From Lingula anatina (lineage: Eukaryota; Animalia; Brachiopoda): DNA of 64,000 nucleotides. The notes below the pieces were generated by a model. That model made no database searches. It was not told where the DNA came from and was given only the letters and a program-made list of their open reading frames with translations. The stretch lies in contig CM120649.1 in NCBI GenBank assembly GCA_051362555.1, positions 14,570,001-14,634,000 on the forward strand, written 5' to 3'. Shown here one piece after another: positions 61,311-64,000 of the stretch (positions are counted from its first letter, which is position 1; each line of letters begins with the position of its first letter). The position numbers were made by a program, and so were the translations under genes.

Positions 61311-62731
61311 ACCCCAGAGAGCCTGACAGCATCTGACCTAGAAAGTGCCCTTGGTCTTGAGCCCTCTACCCGGTTGCACTCAGTTTTACAGGTGGCCTCA
61401 TTTAATCAATGATAATGTATTCACTTGTCTAGAAAACACCTGGTAAGAACTGTACATTTTTAGAAAGCCAAGAATGTAAGCTTTAAAGTCATATCAGTTT
61501 TATTTACATTTGTTAACTTAGGTAGAAATAGCAGGAGTTTAAATATGAGACTTGCTTTTCTCGAAGAGAAGTAAAAAACAAAACCTTAATTTCAGCATGC
61601 ACATTCTTTTTCACTTTACCAAATAATTTGTTGAAATTTTCTCATCAACATCCGAAATATGTTTTAAACAATGTCAGAAAATTCCAGAAAGATATCTTAT
61701 TTAGTTTTTGAGTTATAATAAATTTCCTGGGATGCGTGCTGTACCTAAAAACCTGCATCACGTCAGAGAGTTGCACAATATACAGGCAGGCTAGCTGACT
61801 AGATGACTTCCACCTAATTACTTTTATAATTACAAATAGATTGTAAATAAAGTGCCTTTTTCAATATTTTTTCATAGTTTTTTTTAATCAACTGAACCAG
61901 GTTAGTCATAAAATTTTGTTTTGCACTCAAATCATATACAAGAATACAAACATTGTCATGAGCAAATATTACACTTCCGTGAATAAAAATTGCATCATAA
62001 AAATACAAGGAAACGTGGCATTTGTACTAATACACAAGCAGGAAAAGACATGTTGATACAGCGCACTAGTAAACTTATTACATCTGTATTTATACACAAG
62101 CAGGAAAAGACATGTTGATGCAGTACAACGTAACATATGACATTTGTATTTATGCACAAGCAGGAAAAGACATGTTGATACAGCACACAAGGCAACATTT
62201 AGCCTGACTTGCCACGGAAACGGTTACAGTCATTTTATCAGCAATATAGCCCTTCCAATTACTATTGTTGTCTGCTTGGTTACTGCCGTTAGTATCATCA
62301 GCATTTTTCATAAATCAAGCCCCACGTCCGAATCTGTTCTCTGACAACTCATAATAGCCAAAGGTACATCATCTTTGAAGTTATTGGAGTATCAAAATCT
62401 ATCAAGGACTCTTCCCCGAAGTCTGAATTTTCTAACAAATCTAGAACATTTCTCAACCCATAACTTCTGCTGACCTCTCGCCGCCATTTTGACTTCTTAG
62501 CGCCTCGACAATGGTTGAAATAAATCGCTTTTTCATTATCTAATTCTCGCTACACGTCTTTCAAAAAAACTAACATTAAGTTAGTCTTGTGATAGAAGCA
62601 TGCATTGTTACAAACGACAGGGGACAGTACAAGTACAAGCATGTAAACACAGAAACCGCGTATATGCGGTTCCCGGCACTGAGGACTTTTTAAAATGAAC
62701 CGCATATGTGCGGTTCCCGGCGCTATGGGGT
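61311..62731. mobile_element. Non-autonomous TTAA-targeting DNA transposon (piggyBac-like), 1.4 kb
   Basis: Inserted in gaattTTAAatgag (empty site at ~55684-55697). Ends ttaa-accccagagagcc...ggcgctatggggt-ttaa. Contains ~60-bp tandem repeats (62010-62190) and a duplicated subterminal aaccgc.tat.tgcggttcccgg motif. Confidence 0.8.
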
Positions 62732-63068
62732 TTAAATGAGAATTAATATTGTTATTTATGGAGCAAATGTAATATCACGAAAAAACCCTGGATATGATGC
62801 AAATAGTGCTAAAATAACCACAACAAGGAAATACTTAACATAATTACGTTTAGAGTTAATTTTTTTTATTCAGAATTATTTCAATAGATAATCAATTAAG
62901 ACTGGTAAACACCCTCTCCCAAAATTCTATAAAATCATGGTGAGTGTATGTATTGGAACATTTACTGTACCTCCAGTTCCCCGTGCAGAAAGACCAAACA
63001 GGTAAGAGAAGTAATCATTAGTGTTCATATGGCTAGTCCTTCACCGTGTGGGATCTTCTAGACACCAG

Positions 63069-63217
63069 GGCCCCGTATCTCGAAGGCATCGCGTATATTG
63101 CGAATAGCTATATCAAATAGAGGCTACAATGTATTATATGGGACGAGTATGGGCGAGTTAGGGAAGCGAGACGCTTGCGCACGGTCGCAATGGGCGATGC
63201 TTTCGAGATACGGGGCC
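63069..63217. mobile_element. PIF/Harbinger-type MITE
   Basis: TIR ggccccgtatctcgaaggcatcgc/gcgatgctttcgagatacggggcc with TSD CAG. The empty site gacacCAGa is at ~56015-56023. Confidence 0.85.
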
Positions 63218-63261
63218 CAGACCTATTGCAAGAGATCAGATTGTCCCCAACGAGAATAACC

Positions 63262-63294
<33 letters not shown>

Positions 63295-63440
63295 TTTGAT
63301 GATGATGATGACACGTGGATACATTGTATCTCACTTAATTTTAAGACGCTTAAACATTTTTTTAAAGTGGAGGGGTTACTTTGCCTAAGGTCTTTTTGCA
63401 TCAAGGGCTATATTTACATGTCGTTCCAGCTTCATTTACA

Positions 63441-63612
63441 ATGACAAACGTTCCGAGAGCCTTTGTCCTGCTTACCATGGCCTTGACGTGCACGGCCTAC
63501 GAGATGTACGCCCTCAACGGAGGCCCTTGGGGAAGTTGGACCAAATCACAAAGATGCCCTGGGCTGAAAGTGAAAGGATTTCAGTTGAGGGTGGAGGCCC
63601 CCGCAGGGGAAG
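63441..63612 (+). CDS. VMO1: VMO1-like paralog 2, exon 1 (gene continues past the window end)
   Basis: MTNVPRAFVLLTMALTCTAYEMYALNGGPWGSWTKSQRCPGLKVKGFQLRVEAPAGEG followed by gtgag. The intron is homologous to copy 1 up to position 64000. Confidence 0.88.
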
Positions 63613-64000
63613 GTGAGATATAAATGTATGAATAATTTATTAATATAGATTTAATTGTGTACAATATAATCGAAGGAATATGCCGATTTCTTTGAATCTT
63701 TTATGACCATAGAAAGAGAATAATTTTAAAGTTTTTAAAGTTAAAGTGCGCTAGTCCTTTATAAATTTTATAGCAAACAGAGTTTCCTGGATACTTTTAC
63801 AATTTCCCAACAAATAACAAGGTATTTCCTAGCCAAAACCGTTAAGATAATAAAGACCCATGAAGCCGTTGAGTTGTATACTATACAATTGGACGTAACT
63901 TTCCAAAATTACGAACTTCCGTCTGCAGTGTGGCTTCCAGAGGGAGAGTCTCGTTTAAACACATGTACTATATAAACACATGTTCTAGTATGAAAATTCC

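Larger units (their letters stand above)
52123..64000 (+). repeat. Tandem segmental duplication (~6-kb unit) containing the VMO1 gene and its upstream region
   Basis: Collinear homology: 52123~58071, 53150~58523, 54085~59935, 55450~61068, 55900~62942, 56240~63441, 56760~64000. Confidence 0.92.

Overview
AT-rich eukaryotic (most likely marine invertebrate) genomic DNA with spliceosomal introns, microsatellites and many transposons; there is no CRISPR, operon or other prokaryotic feature. Most real genes are invisible in the ORF track and were rebuilt by hand from GT-AG exons. (1) A tail-to-tail pair of gustatory-receptor-like (GRL/7TMIC) genes: the last three exons of a + strand copy (20089-21451) and a complete 13-coding-exon, ~493-aa - strand copy (23908-30721). 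(2) An intronless NAT8/camello-like GNAT acetyltransferase (33399-34160, -). (3) A young Mag-type Ty3/Gypsy LTR retrotransposon (34423-39102, -) with a clipped 5' LTR. (4) Two TAGTC...GACTA long-TIR DNA elements with 3-bp TSDs (39721-43245; 44839-48606), the second carrying a decayed Tc1 transposase. (5) A 7-exon LAPTM/DUF4728-like 4-TM gene (43846-51784, -) whose first intron holds a 5'-complete, 3'-truncated RPL12 retrocopy. (6) A ~6-kb tandem duplication carrying two VMO1-like genes, with copy-specific transposon insertions whose empty sites are visible in the sister copy. The first ~20 kb is essentially non-coding. Family assignments come from motif recognition only; no database search was run.
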